Below are positions 26,035-34,496 of a stretch of 35,266 nt of DNA, piece by piece. The position numbers were made by a program, and so were the translations under genes. The notes under the pieces were generated by a model. It was given only the letters and a program-made list of their open reading frames with translations, was not told where the DNA came from and ran no database searches. How positions within the stretch are numbered: position 1 is the first letter of the stretch; the number at the start of each line of letters is the position of its first letter. The DNA is from an uncultured Acidobacteriota bacterium (GTDB lineage: Bacteria; Acidobacteriota; HRBIN11; MFGW01), in contig CAYREJ010000001.1 in NCBI GenBank assembly GCA_964423235.1, positions 1-35,266 on the forward strand. Direction: 5' to 3'.

Positions 26035-26060
26035 TTTTGGAGAAAACTGACCAGTTACCT
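26035..26060. repeat. IS right terminal inverted repeat
   Basis: ttttggagaaaactgaccagttacct, the exact reverse complement of 23526-23551. Confidence 0.85.
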
Positions 26061-26070
26061 AAAATATCTA

Positions 26071-26100
26071 TTGACAATAATTTTTAGGTTATGATACTAT
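26071..26100 (+). promoter_or_regulatory. Candidate outward-facing promoter next to the IS right end (TTGACA-N18-TACTAT with a TGn extension)
   Basis: TTGACA 26071-26076, TG at 26092-26093, TACTAT 26095-26100. It faces the DUF559 remnant. Confidence 0.3.
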
Positions 26101-26105
26101 ATTTT

Positions 26106-26415
26106 ATGATTTTCGAAAAACTAAACTATTAAATTTTTCTTGGAGCGAAATTTAGAAGGCAAGTGCCTCTTGCTAAGTATGTGTTAGATTTTTATTATGC
26201 AAAAGCGAAACTAAATTTAGAGCTTGATGGAGGTCAATATTGCCTAAATACAGGACGATAAAATGATATAGAACTAGACCAGAACTTACGACAGTTTGGA
26301 ACAGAAGTTTTAAGATTTTCTGATAGAGAATTTTCAATTGATTTTTGATATGGTTCAGAAAAGATTGGAGGAAGAGACCTAATCTTGCCCTTCTCCTAAA
26401 AGGAGAAGGAAAGAT
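26106..26415 (+). pseudogene. Decayed DUF559 (Vsr-like endonuclease domain) gene
   Basis: Frame from 26139 reads LGAKFRRQVPLAKYVLDFYYAKAKLNLELDGGQY...(TAA 26259)...LRQFGTEVLRFSDREFSIDF(TGA 26346)...LILPFS(TAA)KEKE. DUF559 core motifs are present, but the N-terminus is truncated and there are at least 3 in-frame stops. Confidence 0.7.
26389..26409 (+). terminator. Perfect 9-bp stem / 3-nt loop hairpin at the end of the DUF559 remnant
   Basis: ccttctcct aaa aggagaagg. No strong T-tract follows, so terminator function is uncertain. Confidence 0.3.
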
Positions 26416-26677
26416 ATTTTAAAAGTAGTTTTGCATATGATATTTGATAGAATTAATAAATATAAAAGAGTTGCGTAATGATAAGATTAAGAAAAAAGGG
26501 ATTATCGGACAGCGTCATTGGGTTGGCGGTAGGGGAAATAATGAAGCGTTTGGGGATGGTTTTTCTGGAACGGCTAATTCGCGAAATTTCTTTGCGGCTA
26601 GGCTGTGCTTTACAGTTGCACCAAATAAAACCCCTTTCATTTGCTGGTGCTTATTTTATCGTCACAATAAAGGAGCT

Positions 26678-27454
26678 ATGCTAAAGTCTATAGAGCAGGT
26701 AACCCAGCATATTTCCGTAAAGGATCTTAGGGAGTACATCATTAAGCATGGTTGTTATAGTCCCGAAGAGAACCAGAGAATTTTTGAGAAATGGTTTGCA
26801 GGAGCGCCTAGATACCTGTTTAGAGCGATCCACAGAAAATATAAAATTGCAGACCAAGTCATTTGCGACATCGGCTGTTCCTACGGCATGAACTTGGTAT
26901 TTTGTAAGAAGGGGTCTTACGGTCTTGAAACAGATGATTATTGTGTTAAATTTGCTCATAGTTTAGGTCTGAGTGTCTACCAACGTGATGTTCTTGGAGA
27001 CGACCTATCGGACCTTCCAAAGGTAGATGTTATATGGTGTTCTGCGGTTTTAGAGCATGTGGAGTCGCCTCATATTCTCCTTAGAAAAATGCATGGTTTG
27101 CTGAAGGATGAGGGGTTAGTGGCGGTTTATGTTCCCACTATTCCAATCCTGCCCTCCTTGCGGAGGCTTCCCAGGATTGGTCGCTACTTTGGTGGTCATC
27201 TTGCAGCTGACCATATTAACTTCTTTGTACCTCAGACGCTTCGGTTGACCTGCGAACGCGCAGGATTCCGGACGGTGGAGCTATCGCCTTTTTATCCTAG
27301 CATACTGGGATTAATGAATCATATACCTGTACTGCAGCGGGTAGTAGATGGCATAGTTTATATAGGGAGAAAGGTGGCAGGATGGGATTATCCGGAGAAA
27401 GCATGGAGGATGGTGGCGAACAATAAATTAGGTTTTATAAAAAGGACACAGTAA
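26678..27454 (+). CDS. Class I SAM-dependent methyltransferase (GC-richer, probably horizontally acquired)
   Basis: Motif I ICDIGCSYGMN. VDVIWCSAVLEHVESPHILLRKMHGLLKDEGLVAVYVP. ATG at 26678 follows AAAGGAG. The upstream 78 codons of the track ORF start at a TTG and look non-protein-like. Confidence 0.8.
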   Translation: MLKSIEQVTQHISVKDLREYIIKHGCYSPEENQRIFEKWFAGAPRYLFRAIHRKYKIADQVICDIGCSYGMNLVFCKKGSYGLETDDYCVKFAHSLGLSVYQRDVLGDDLSDLPKVDVIWCSAVLEHVESPHILLRKMHGLLKDEGLVAVYVPTIPILPSLRRLPRIGRYFGGHLAADHINFFVPQTLRLTCERAGFRTVELSPFYPSILGLMNHIPVLQRVVDGIVYIGRKVAGWDYPEKAWRMVANNKLGFIKRTQ

Positions 27455-27500
27455 AGTGGTCGTACAGTTGCTTTAGCCTAAGCACAATGCGATTATGAGC

Positions 27501-27575
27501 CTCTGTGGTGAAATATAAATTCTCCTTTACTTGAATTAGTAAATTCACCACAGAGACTCAGAGAACAAAGAGAAA
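27501..27575. repeat. Heptad-repeat family copy with a 12-bp hairpin
   Basis: ctctgtggtgaa (27501-12) pairs with ttcaccacagag (27544-55). This is followed by actcagagaacaaagagaaaaagg. The stretch aaattcaccacagagactcagagaacaaagag is nearly the same as 35200-35230. Confidence 0.7.
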
Positions 27576-27648
27576 AAGGAATAGCTGTTTTAATGTATAA
27601 TAATAATTTCATTGTAAGGAATATATAGATACGGATGATATAAAGAGG

Positions 27649-29187
27649 ATGGAATTAGATAAAAAAGAAACTTACTCATATAAAATTTTCAAGAATACCC
27701 TTTGGAATTTTGCAGGCGGTATAATTATTTTAATAATTCAATTTTTAAGTGTTCCTTATATAGTAAATAAATTAGGAGAGGATGCATATGGAATATGGAG
27801 CTTAGTTTGGGTTTTATTAAGCTATTTAGGATTTCTTTCATTAGGATTAGGAGTAGCTTCAGTTAAATATATTTCAGAATATTTTGGTAAAGGAAATTTT
27901 GAAGAATGCAATAAGATATTTTGGACATCTTTATTAACCACTGGTTTGCAAGGACTATTTGCTGCAATTATTTTTATTGGTTTTGCACCTTTAATAGTTA
28001 AAAAATTTTTTAATATCAGAGCTGATTTAATTTCTGATTCAATAATAGTAGTGAAAATATGCGGTATAGCTTTACTGATAGATTTCCTTTTAGGGACTGT
28101 TCAATCTGTCCCATCAGCATTGCAGAGATTGGATATTGTTAATAAAGTAGGATTAGCAATAAATAGCATACAAATAATAGGCATTGTCTTTACATTGATG
28201 GTGGGGGGAAAGCTTCTTTCAATTGTAATATTTAGCCTTTTTATTCAGATGTTTGGTGTATTGATTTATTATATCATAAGCCAAAAGCTTTTGATTAAGA
28301 GAAAATATATTCAATGGGATAAGGAAACTTTTTGGCTTTTATTAAAATTTGGAGGTTTTGTATCTATAAGCGCCATAATTAGTCCCATTTTAACTAATGT
28401 AGAAAAATTATTGATTAGCAATTTATTATCGGTAGGATTTTTAACTTATTATATTGTGCCACATAATTTATTAACTCGTTTTTATTTGATAAGTGCGAGC
28501 CTAACAACAGCGTTATTTCCAGCGATGAGTGAAATGAGTGGGCAAGAGGATAAAAGCTATTTATTCAGCACAGTAATTCAAGGGATTAAAGTACTGAGTG
28601 CTACAATAGGATGGGCTTCAACATTACTTTTCGTATTTGCAAAGGATTTTTTAATTGTATGGATGGGAGATGCTTTTGCTCAACAGGCAACCCCAGTGCT
28701 TCAAATATTATCAATAGCTTTCTGGATAAATATAATTGCTCATATTCCTTTTATTTTTCTTAGGGCTTATGGCAAACCGGAAATACCTGCTATTTATCAT
28801 TTAATTGAATCAATTTTTTATATTCCCATTGCTTATTTTCTAATTAAATCAATGGGGATTTCTGGTGCTGCCGTAGCTTGGGGTATTAGAGTTCTTATTG
28901 ATACTATTTTGTTATATTATAGCACAATTAGAATATTAAAATCTTCTATTATTAAAATGATAAGTGCAATTTTTAATATTAATTTGATATCTGCTTTATT
29001 ATCAGGTTTGCTTATAGCTATTATGAAAGAATTTTTTAACATACCTTTAATATATTCATTGTGCTTGGCTATCATATTGTGCATTTTGGGAGCTTTTATT
29101 TTTTGGTTTCGCATATTAAGAGCAGGGGAGAAAAAATTAATATTAGATTTCTTATATAAGATCTTAGCTTTTGCGCTTAATAGGTAA
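27649..29187 (+). CDS. Polysaccharide/oligosaccharide flippase, MOP (Wzx-like) family
   Basis: 512 aa, about 12-14 predicted TM helices. The N-terminal region FKNTLWNFAGGIIILIIQFLSVPYIVNKLGEDAYGIW is typical of polysaccharide biosynthesis flippases. Confidence 0.82.
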   Translation: MELDKKETYSYKIFKNTLWNFAGGIIILIIQFLSVPYIVNKLGEDAYGIWSLVWVLLSYLGFLSLGLGVASVKYISEYFGKGNFEECNKIFWTSLLTTGLQGLFAAIIFIGFAPLIVKKFFNIRADLISDSIIVVKICGIALLIDFLLGTVQSVPSALQRLDIVNKVGLAINSIQIIGIVFTLMVGGKLLSIVIFSLFIQMFGVLIYYIISQKLLIKRKYIQWDKETFWLLLKFGGFVSISAIISPILTNVEKLLISNLLSVGFLTYYIVPHNLLTRFYLISASLTTALFPAMSEMSGQEDKSYLFSTVIQGIKVLSATIGWASTLLFVFAKDFLIVWMGDAFAQQATPVLQILSIAFWINIIAHIPFIFLRAYGKPEIPAIYHLIESIFYIPIAYFLIKSMGISGAAVAWGIRVLIDTILLYYSTIRILKSSIIKMISAIFNINLISALLSGLLIAIMKEFFNIPLIYSLCLAIILCILGAFIFWFRILRAGEKKLILDFLYKILAFALNR

Positions 29188-29198
29188 GATGAGAAAAT

Positions 29199-30218
29199 AT
29201 GATAAGAACTGAAGAAATAAATTTTTGCTTAGTATGTAATTCAAGGGGTTCATTATTATATGAAGGTCTCAGAGATAGGTTGTTCGGTGTTGAAGGAGTA
29301 TATAATTATTTTTTTTGTGATAGGTGCAAATTCGCTTGGTTAAATCCTCGTCCTATTAAAGAAGATATAGCTAAATGCTATAAAGAATATTATACTCATC
29401 AGCCTTCTATTATTAGCAAAGAAATAAATGCGAGAAAAAATAAGATTAAAGAAAAAATTAGAAAATTTATTTTATATTCTTATAGCAATATTCCTATTAG
29501 CGATACATTAAGCAGCAGCAAGCTAATTTTAGGGAAAATATTATCATTGTTCCCATCTTTGCTCAAAAGAGCAAGCCCTATTATTCCTAAGTGGTATAAT
29601 TGCGGAAAGCTTTTAGATATTGGATGCGGCAATGGTTATTTTCTTTATATTATGAAAAAATTGGGATGGAATGTATATGGTATTGAAATAGATGAAGAAG
29701 CTGCTAATTTTGCTAAAAGAAATTATGATTTACCTATATTTATTGGATCTTTAGAAGAAGCAAATTTCTCAGAAGGATTTTTTGATGTAATCACTATGAA
29801 CCATACTATAGAACATGTTTATAATCCTTTAACTTTATTAAGAAAAGCCTACAAAATATTAGTTCCCGGAGGATATATCTATTTAAGGACGCCTAATATA
29901 GAAAGTCTGGCACATAAATTATTTAAAAGGGATTGCTTTTTTTTAGATGCACCCCGTCATCTCTGGTTATGGAGTAAAAATTCTATTACAAAAATTTTAG
30001 AGAGGGAAAAATTCAATGTGATAAAATTTGAAACTTCAAATTTTTATGCTTCAGTTGTATATGATCAAAGCAAGTTGATTCAGAAACAAGGAAGAGCAGA
30101 GTTAAATAAGAAAATTAGCATTGCTGGAAAAATGTTCAGTAAATTTGAACATTTGTTAAAAATAATAAGAATAGATATTAGTGAAGATATTTATTTAATA
30201 GCAAGAAAAAGGAATTAA
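29199..30218 (+). CDS. Class I SAM-dependent methyltransferase with N-terminal zinc ribbon
   Basis: 339 aa. CLVCNS...CDRCKF. Motif I LLDIGCGNGYF. FDVITMNHTIEHVYNP. 11 nt after the flippase gene. Confidence 0.85.
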   Translation: MIRTEEINFCLVCNSRGSLLYEGLRDRLFGVEGVYNYFFCDRCKFAWLNPRPIKEDIAKCYKEYYTHQPSIISKEINARKNKIKEKIRKFILYSYSNIPISDTLSSSKLILGKILSLFPSLLKRASPIIPKWYNCGKLLDIGCGNGYFLYIMKKLGWNVYGIEIDEEAANFAKRNYDLPIFIGSLEEANFSEGFFDVITMNHTIEHVYNPLTLLRKAYKILVPGGYIYLRTPNIESLAHKLFKRDCFFLDAPRHLWLWSKNSITKILEREKFNVIKFETSNFYASVVYDQSKLIQKQGRAELNKKISIAGKMFSKFEHLLKIIRIDISEDIYLIARKRN

Positions 30219-30234
30219 GAATTCACTTCTATAA

Positions 30235-30271
30235 CTTTTCTTTGTGCGATTTGTGCCTGCTTTGTGGTTTC
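30235..30271. repeat. Half copy of the heptad repeat family
   Basis: cttttctttgtgcgatttgtgcctgctttgtggtttc, in the convergent gap between the methyltransferase and the ABC-2 permease. Confidence 0.6.
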
Positions 30272-30317
30272 TATATACAGCAATTAGAAAATTTACAAAA
30301 ATGATAAAAAATAAATT

Positions 30318-31442
30318 CTAAATTTTGCTTATTCTAATTTTCATCAATTTTATGAGAATCAAAATAATTAAGCCTATGATGGTTAAAGCTATATATTCGC
30401 TTGAAAGGTTTTTTATATTATCTCCTCGGAGGAAAATGGCTCTTATTATTTTAATGAAATAAGTAACCGGCAAAGCATAAGAGATAGGCTGTATCCATCT
30501 TGGCATATTCTCAATGGGGAAAACGAAGCCTGATAATAATATTGATGGTAAAAATATAAAAAATAATGACGCCATCATTGCTTGCTGTTGAGTTGATACA
30601 TTTATTGAAACAATAATAGCTAATCCAAAGGAAGATAATAAAAACAATATTATTGCTATGGCAAAATCAAAAAGAGAACCTCTTATAGGAACTTTAAACC
30701 ATTTGTTTGATACAATGGATACTAAAATAACATCAATAAAAGAAATAATGATAAAAGGAGATATTTTTCCTATCACAATTTGATAAAATTTTAATGGCGA
30801 CACTAATAATTGTTCTATTGTCCCAAGCTCCTTTTCTTTTACAAATGACATAGAAGAAACTACAATTGATACAATTGAAAGGAGCAGCGCAAAAATTGCT
30901 GGCACCATAAAATAAGAGCTTTTTAATTCCTGATTGTACCAAATTCGCAAATTGGGATTAATCAATGGCAATGATGAAGGAAACGCTTTCTTGCTATTTT
31001 TTATTGAAAAATTATTAATTATTTGATTACTATATCCTATTATAACATTGCTGGTAATTCCATCGGTTCCATCAGCTATTACGGCAATACTCACATCTTG
31101 ATTCTTCTTTAATCTTTTTTCAAAATTTTTAGGAATTATCAAAGCAGCTCTTGCAATATTTCCATTAATGTATTTATCTATTTCTCTTGGGTCTTGACAA
31201 TACCCAATTCTATGGAAATAACCTGAATTAATGAAAGAATCTATAAATTCTTTGCTAAGATTTGAATTATCGGAATCGCAAATAATTGTAGGAATTCTTT
31301 TAATATCAAAAGTTGCAGCGTAGCCTAATATTATAAGCTGAAGAATAGGCGCTATTATAAGAATGAGTAAAATTTTCTTATCTCTTTTTATTTGTGTTAA
31401 CTCTTTTTTTAAAAATATTAATAAATTTCTATAGGAATTCAT
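30318..31442 (-). CDS. ABC-2 type transporter permease (YbhS/YbhR-like)
   Basis: 374 aa. One N-terminal TM, a large loop, then a C-terminal 5-TM ABC-2 domain. ATGA overlap with the upstream permease gene. Confidence 0.85.
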   Translation of the reverse strand: MNSYRNLLIFLKKELTQIKRDKKILLILIIAPILQLIILGYAATFDIKRIPTIICDSDNSNLSKEFIDSFINSGYFHRIGYCQDPREIDKYINGNIARAALIIPKNFEKRLKKNQDVSIAVIADGTDGITSNVIIGYSNQIINNFSIKNSKKAFPSSLPLINPNLRIWYNQELKSSYFMVPAIFALLLSIVSIVVSSMSFVKEKELGTIEQLLVSPLKFYQIVIGKISPFIIISFIDVILVSIVSNKWFKVPIRGSLFDFAIAIILFLLSSFGLAIIVSINVSTQQQAMMASLFFIFLPSILLSGFVFPIENMPRWIQPISYALPVTYFIKIIRAIFLRGDNIKNLSSEYIALTIIGLIILILIKLMKIRISKI

Positions 31443-32572
31443 TTATAAGTAATTAAGCCTCCTTTGCTAATTTTAGCGATGCCAGCGGAGATAAAAACGA
31501 TGCAGAATATAAATAAGGCTAAATAATCTTTCCAAAGCAAAGAGAAGCTGGTTCCTTTAAGCATAATTGACCTGGTAATCTCAATAAAATATTTAGCAGG
31601 GATGACAGTAGTAATCCATTGTATTATTTTAGGCATGCTATTAATGGGGAAAATAAAATTAGAAAGGAGCATAGTAGGAAGAAGGGAAGTAAAAATTGAT
31701 ATAGTGAAAGCTATTTGCTGCGTGTTAGAGATAGCTGATATGAATAACCCTAATCCCAATGCCGCTAATAAAAATAAAATTATAGCAATTAGTAATAGAA
31801 ATAAGGAGCCTATAAAAGGGAGATGAAAAAATATTTCAGCTATTTTTATCATTAAAGAAGAAGCTAACAATGAAAGAAAGAAATATGGGATAATTTTGCC
31901 AACAACTATTTCTTTAGGAGAGAGAGGCGAAATAATTAGGTGCTCAATGGTTCCTACTTCTTTTTCCTTAACTAAGGATAAACTAGTAATTATTACAGCG
32001 ACCATCATAAGAACAAAAGCTATTAAGCCAGGTATTAGATATCGGGAGCTTTCTAAGAGTGGGTTATACCAAATACGAGCTCTCATATCTATTCTGCCGA
32101 TTTTAAAGGAATACTTTTGCAATATTTCTTTTTGAAATTTATTTTGGTAGTGATTAATAATTCCATTTAAATAATATAATGCTCCCTGAGATGATTGAGC
32201 ATTGGAACCATCCAAAATTATTAAAACATTTGCGATTTTATTTGCTTTTAATTTTTTAGAAAATTTGGGATATATGGCTAAAGCAGCAGTAGCTCTGCCA
32301 TTTTGAATATAATCATCTATTTCATTAAAATTTTCAATTACTTTTATTAATTTAAAATATTCTATTGAATCAAGAGACTTAATGAATTCTCTACTTAAAT
32401 TTGATTTATCTCCATCATATATTATTAATTTTAATTCTTTTAGATCAAGTGATATTGCATAACCATAAATAAAAAGGAGCAATGACGGAACAAAAATTAT
32501 TGAAAAAAAGGTAAGTTTATCCCTTTTTAATTCAAGAAATTCTTTAATTGTGAGAGAGATTAATTTTTTCAT
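31439..32572 (-). CDS. ABC-2 type transporter permease (paralogue)
   Basis: 377 aa with the same architecture. The start overlaps the upstream ATPase gene by 29 nt. Confidence 0.85.
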   Translation of the reverse strand: MKKLISLTIKEFLELKRDKLTFFSIIFVPSLLLFIYGYAISLDLKELKLIIYDGDKSNLSREFIKSLDSIEYFKLIKVIENFNEIDDYIQNGRATAALAIYPKFSKKLKANKIANVLIILDGSNAQSSQGALYYLNGIINHYQNKFQKEILQKYSFKIGRIDMRARIWYNPLLESSRYLIPGLIAFVLMMVAVIITSLSLVKEKEVGTIEHLIISPLSPKEIVVGKIIPYFFLSLLASSLMIKIAEIFFHLPFIGSLFLLLIAIILFLLAALGLGLFISAISNTQQIAFTISIFTSLLPTMLLSNFIFPINSMPKIIQWITTVIPAKYFIEITRSIMLKGTSFSLLWKDYLALFIFCIVFISAGIAKISKGGLITYK

Positions 32573-33500
32573 TATGCTTAAATTTTAAGTATATAAAAAT
32601 ATCCTCAAGGGAGGGTTGAATTTCTTCAATTTTAATGATAGGGACATTAAATTTTCTAATTATGTCTTTTAAATCAATTGATATATCAATTTTCTTTCTT
32701 TGGAAAGAGATTCTAAAATCTTGTCCCCAGCTGTAAATATCTAAAATATAAGGTAGATTTTTATAGGAAATAAGAGATCTCAGAGGGGCTTTTGTTTCAA
32801 TCTGAAAGATTCTAATATGTTCAGATATGTTTTTCTTAAGAACAGAGGGACTACCCTGTATGGCTATTTTGCCTTCATCCATTAAAATTATGTAATCGCA
32901 ATATTCTGCTTCCTGAAGGAAATGAGTGGTTATGATGATAGTAATCCCTAAATCTCTTGATAATTCCTGAACATAACTCCAAAATCTTACTCTCGTTAAA
33001 GGATCAGTCCCGCTGGTTGGCTCATCAAGAAAAATTATTTCAGGCTTATGAAGACTTGCAGAAGCTAATCCTAATCTTTGTTTAAAACCTAAAGGTAGTT
33101 TTCCAGCAAGCATATCTTTATAATTATTTAATTCCAATTTTTGGAAAACTTCTTTAATCCTTTCTTCAAGCAATTTATTAGGAAGTCCATAAATACCACC
33201 ATAGAATCTTAAATTTTCTAAAACCGTTAAATCAGGATACATAGAGAAAATTTGAGACATGTATCCAATACGCTTTTTAATTAATTCCGGATTTACAATA
33301 GGTGTTATTCCTAAAACTTTTAGTTCTCCCGATGTAGGAGCTAATAACCCGCACATCATTTTTATAGTTGTAGTTTTCCCTGCTCCATTTGCACCTAAAA
33401 AACCTATAATGTTGCCTTTTTCTATTTGAAAAGATATATTATCAACAGCTATAAAATTGTTAAACTTCTTCGTGAGATTGTTAGCATTTACTATATTCAT
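32544..33500 (-). CDS. ABC transporter ATP-binding protein
   Basis: Walker A GANGAGKTT, signature-like LGFKQRLGLA, Walker B IIFLDEPTSG. Confidence 0.9.
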   Translation of the reverse strand: MNIVNANNLTKKFNNFIAVDNISFQIEKGNIIGFLGANGAGKTTTIKMMCGLLAPTSGELKVLGITPIVNPELIKKRIGYMSQIFSMYPDLTVLENLRFYGGIYGLPNKLLEERIKEVFQKLELNNYKDMLAGKLPLGFKQRLGLASASLHKPEIIFLDEPTSGTDPLTRVRFWSYVQELSRDLGITIIITTHFLQEAEYCDYIILMDEGKIAIQGSPSVLKKNISEHIRIFQIETKAPLRSLISYKNLPYILDIYSWGQDFRISFQRKKIDISIDLKDIIRKFNVPIIKIEEIQPSLEDIFIYLKFKHNEKINLSHN

Positions 33501-33509
33501 AGTAAGCTA

Positions 33510-34496
33510 TTATGTTAATAAATTTCTGCTCCGCAACCTAAAATCAAGAAAATGATTAGAGTTTATGGAGCTTGAAGATGTTTGAGACTGCAGTAAAAGG
33601 CTATTGATAAATAGCATTTCCATATTCACTCTCTCACTAAAGATTTGTGCATCTGTCCCCCTAATTTTAGAAGCTATCATTTCCTCTGGCACTTCTTTAT
33701 CTACCAAAATCTGAAGCCTATTGCCAATCGGATTGATAAATTTTATTCCTTCTATTTCTTTCAAAGAATCTGCTATTGATGGATTTTCAGTAATAATGCT
33801 AAAAACTTTACAATTACTCTTTTCGAGTATCTCTGCATAAGACCCAAATTGAATTATTTTCCCTTCATTGAGAAAGATAATTTTTTTTGCTCTTTCGGCT
33901 TCATCCATATAAGCTGTGCTCATAAATACTGTTGTTCCTTCATCAATTTTTTCTTCTATGATTTTAAATAATTCGCGGCGAGAGATAGGATCAATTCCAG
34001 TTGTCGGTTCATCTAAAAATAAAATTTCCGGAGAATGAACAAGACAGCATATTATGCTAAGTTTCTGTTTCATCCCACCAGATAATTCTCTTGCTAATCT
34101 TTTTCTAAAGAAGGATAAATTAGCTATTTCCATTAATGAATCTATTCTTTTTTTGTAATCCTGAATAGAAAATAATCTGCAAAAATATTTTAGATTCTCT
34201 TCTACCGTCAAATTAGCATATAAAGAAAAATGCTGTGATAAATAGCCAATGCTGTTTTTAATTTTGTTGTGCTGCTCCGGGAGCTTATAATTCAATATTT
34301 TAATATTCCCTTTGTCAAAGTTAAGAAGACCACATAGAATCTTTATTAAAGTAGTTTTTCCTGCGCCATCCGGACCTACTACAGCAATAAAATCTCCTTT
34401 CTCTATAGTAAAAGAAATGTTATCTAAAGCGATAAGTTTTTTATTAGGGAGTGCGTAAATTTTTGTAAGATTTTCTACCGAAATAGTAGGATTCAT
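33510..34496 (-). CDS. ABC transporter ATP-binding protein
   Basis: Walker [10 protein letters not shown], signature [10 protein letters not shown], Walker [11 protein letters not shown]. Unusual Ser-rich C-terminal tail. Confidence 0.9.
   Translation of the reverse strand: MNPTISVENLTKIYALPNKKLIALDNISFTIEKGDFIAVVGPDGAGKTTLIKILCGLLNFDKGNIKILNYKLPEQHNKIKNSIGYLSQHFSLYANLTVEENLKYFCRLFSIQDYKKRIDSLMEIANLSFFRKRLARELSGGMKQKLSIICCLVHSPEILFLDEPTTGIDPISRRELFKIIEEKIDEGTTVFMSTAYMDEAERAKKIIFLNEGKIIQFGSYAEILEKSNCKVFSIITENPSIADSLKEIEGIKFINPIGNRLQILVDKEVPEEMIASKIRGTDAQIFSERVNMEMLFINSLLLQSQTSSSSINSNHFLDFRLRSRNLLT

Larger units (their letters stand above)
23526..26060 (-). mobile_element. IS66-like insertion sequence (2,535 bp) carrying a DUF4338-like gene plus a DDE transposase
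   Basis: Perfect 26-bp terminal inverted repeats, aggtaactggtcagttttctccaaaa at 23526-23551 and its reverse complement at 26035-26060. The ends begin GTAA, as in IS66 elements. Two overlapping genes lie inside. Confidence 0.85.

Noticed and set aside
23518-26068. Clean 8-bp target-site duplication for the IS66-like element
   Set aside because: The flanks share only CTAAAA with an offset relative to the IR ends. No unambiguous 8-bp direct repeat exists, so I do not claim a duplication.
26444-26677. N-terminal 78-codon extension of the methyltransferase ORF
   Set aside because: The extension starts at a TTG and translates to an implausible Gly/Arg/Phe/Cys-rich sequence. An ATG preceded by AAAGGAG at 26678 gives a normal-length methyltransferase.
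4527-32135. Remaining short track ORFs. These are 4527-4715, 5551-5832, 6714-6929, 7821-8045, 10362-10556, 10884-11096, 11786-11974, 11961-12215, 15321-15533, 16538-16738, 17361-17585, 18834-19031, 18911-19150, 19131-19412, 20500-20748, 21160-21408, 24014-24244, 24705-24953, 25259-25558, 26681-26959, 28917-29114, 30733-30942, 31602-31826 and 31896-32135.
   Set aside because: All lie entirely within, antisense to, or out of frame with much longer ORFs that have clear family motifs. Their sequences are low-complexity, typical of shadow ORFs in AT-rich DNA.
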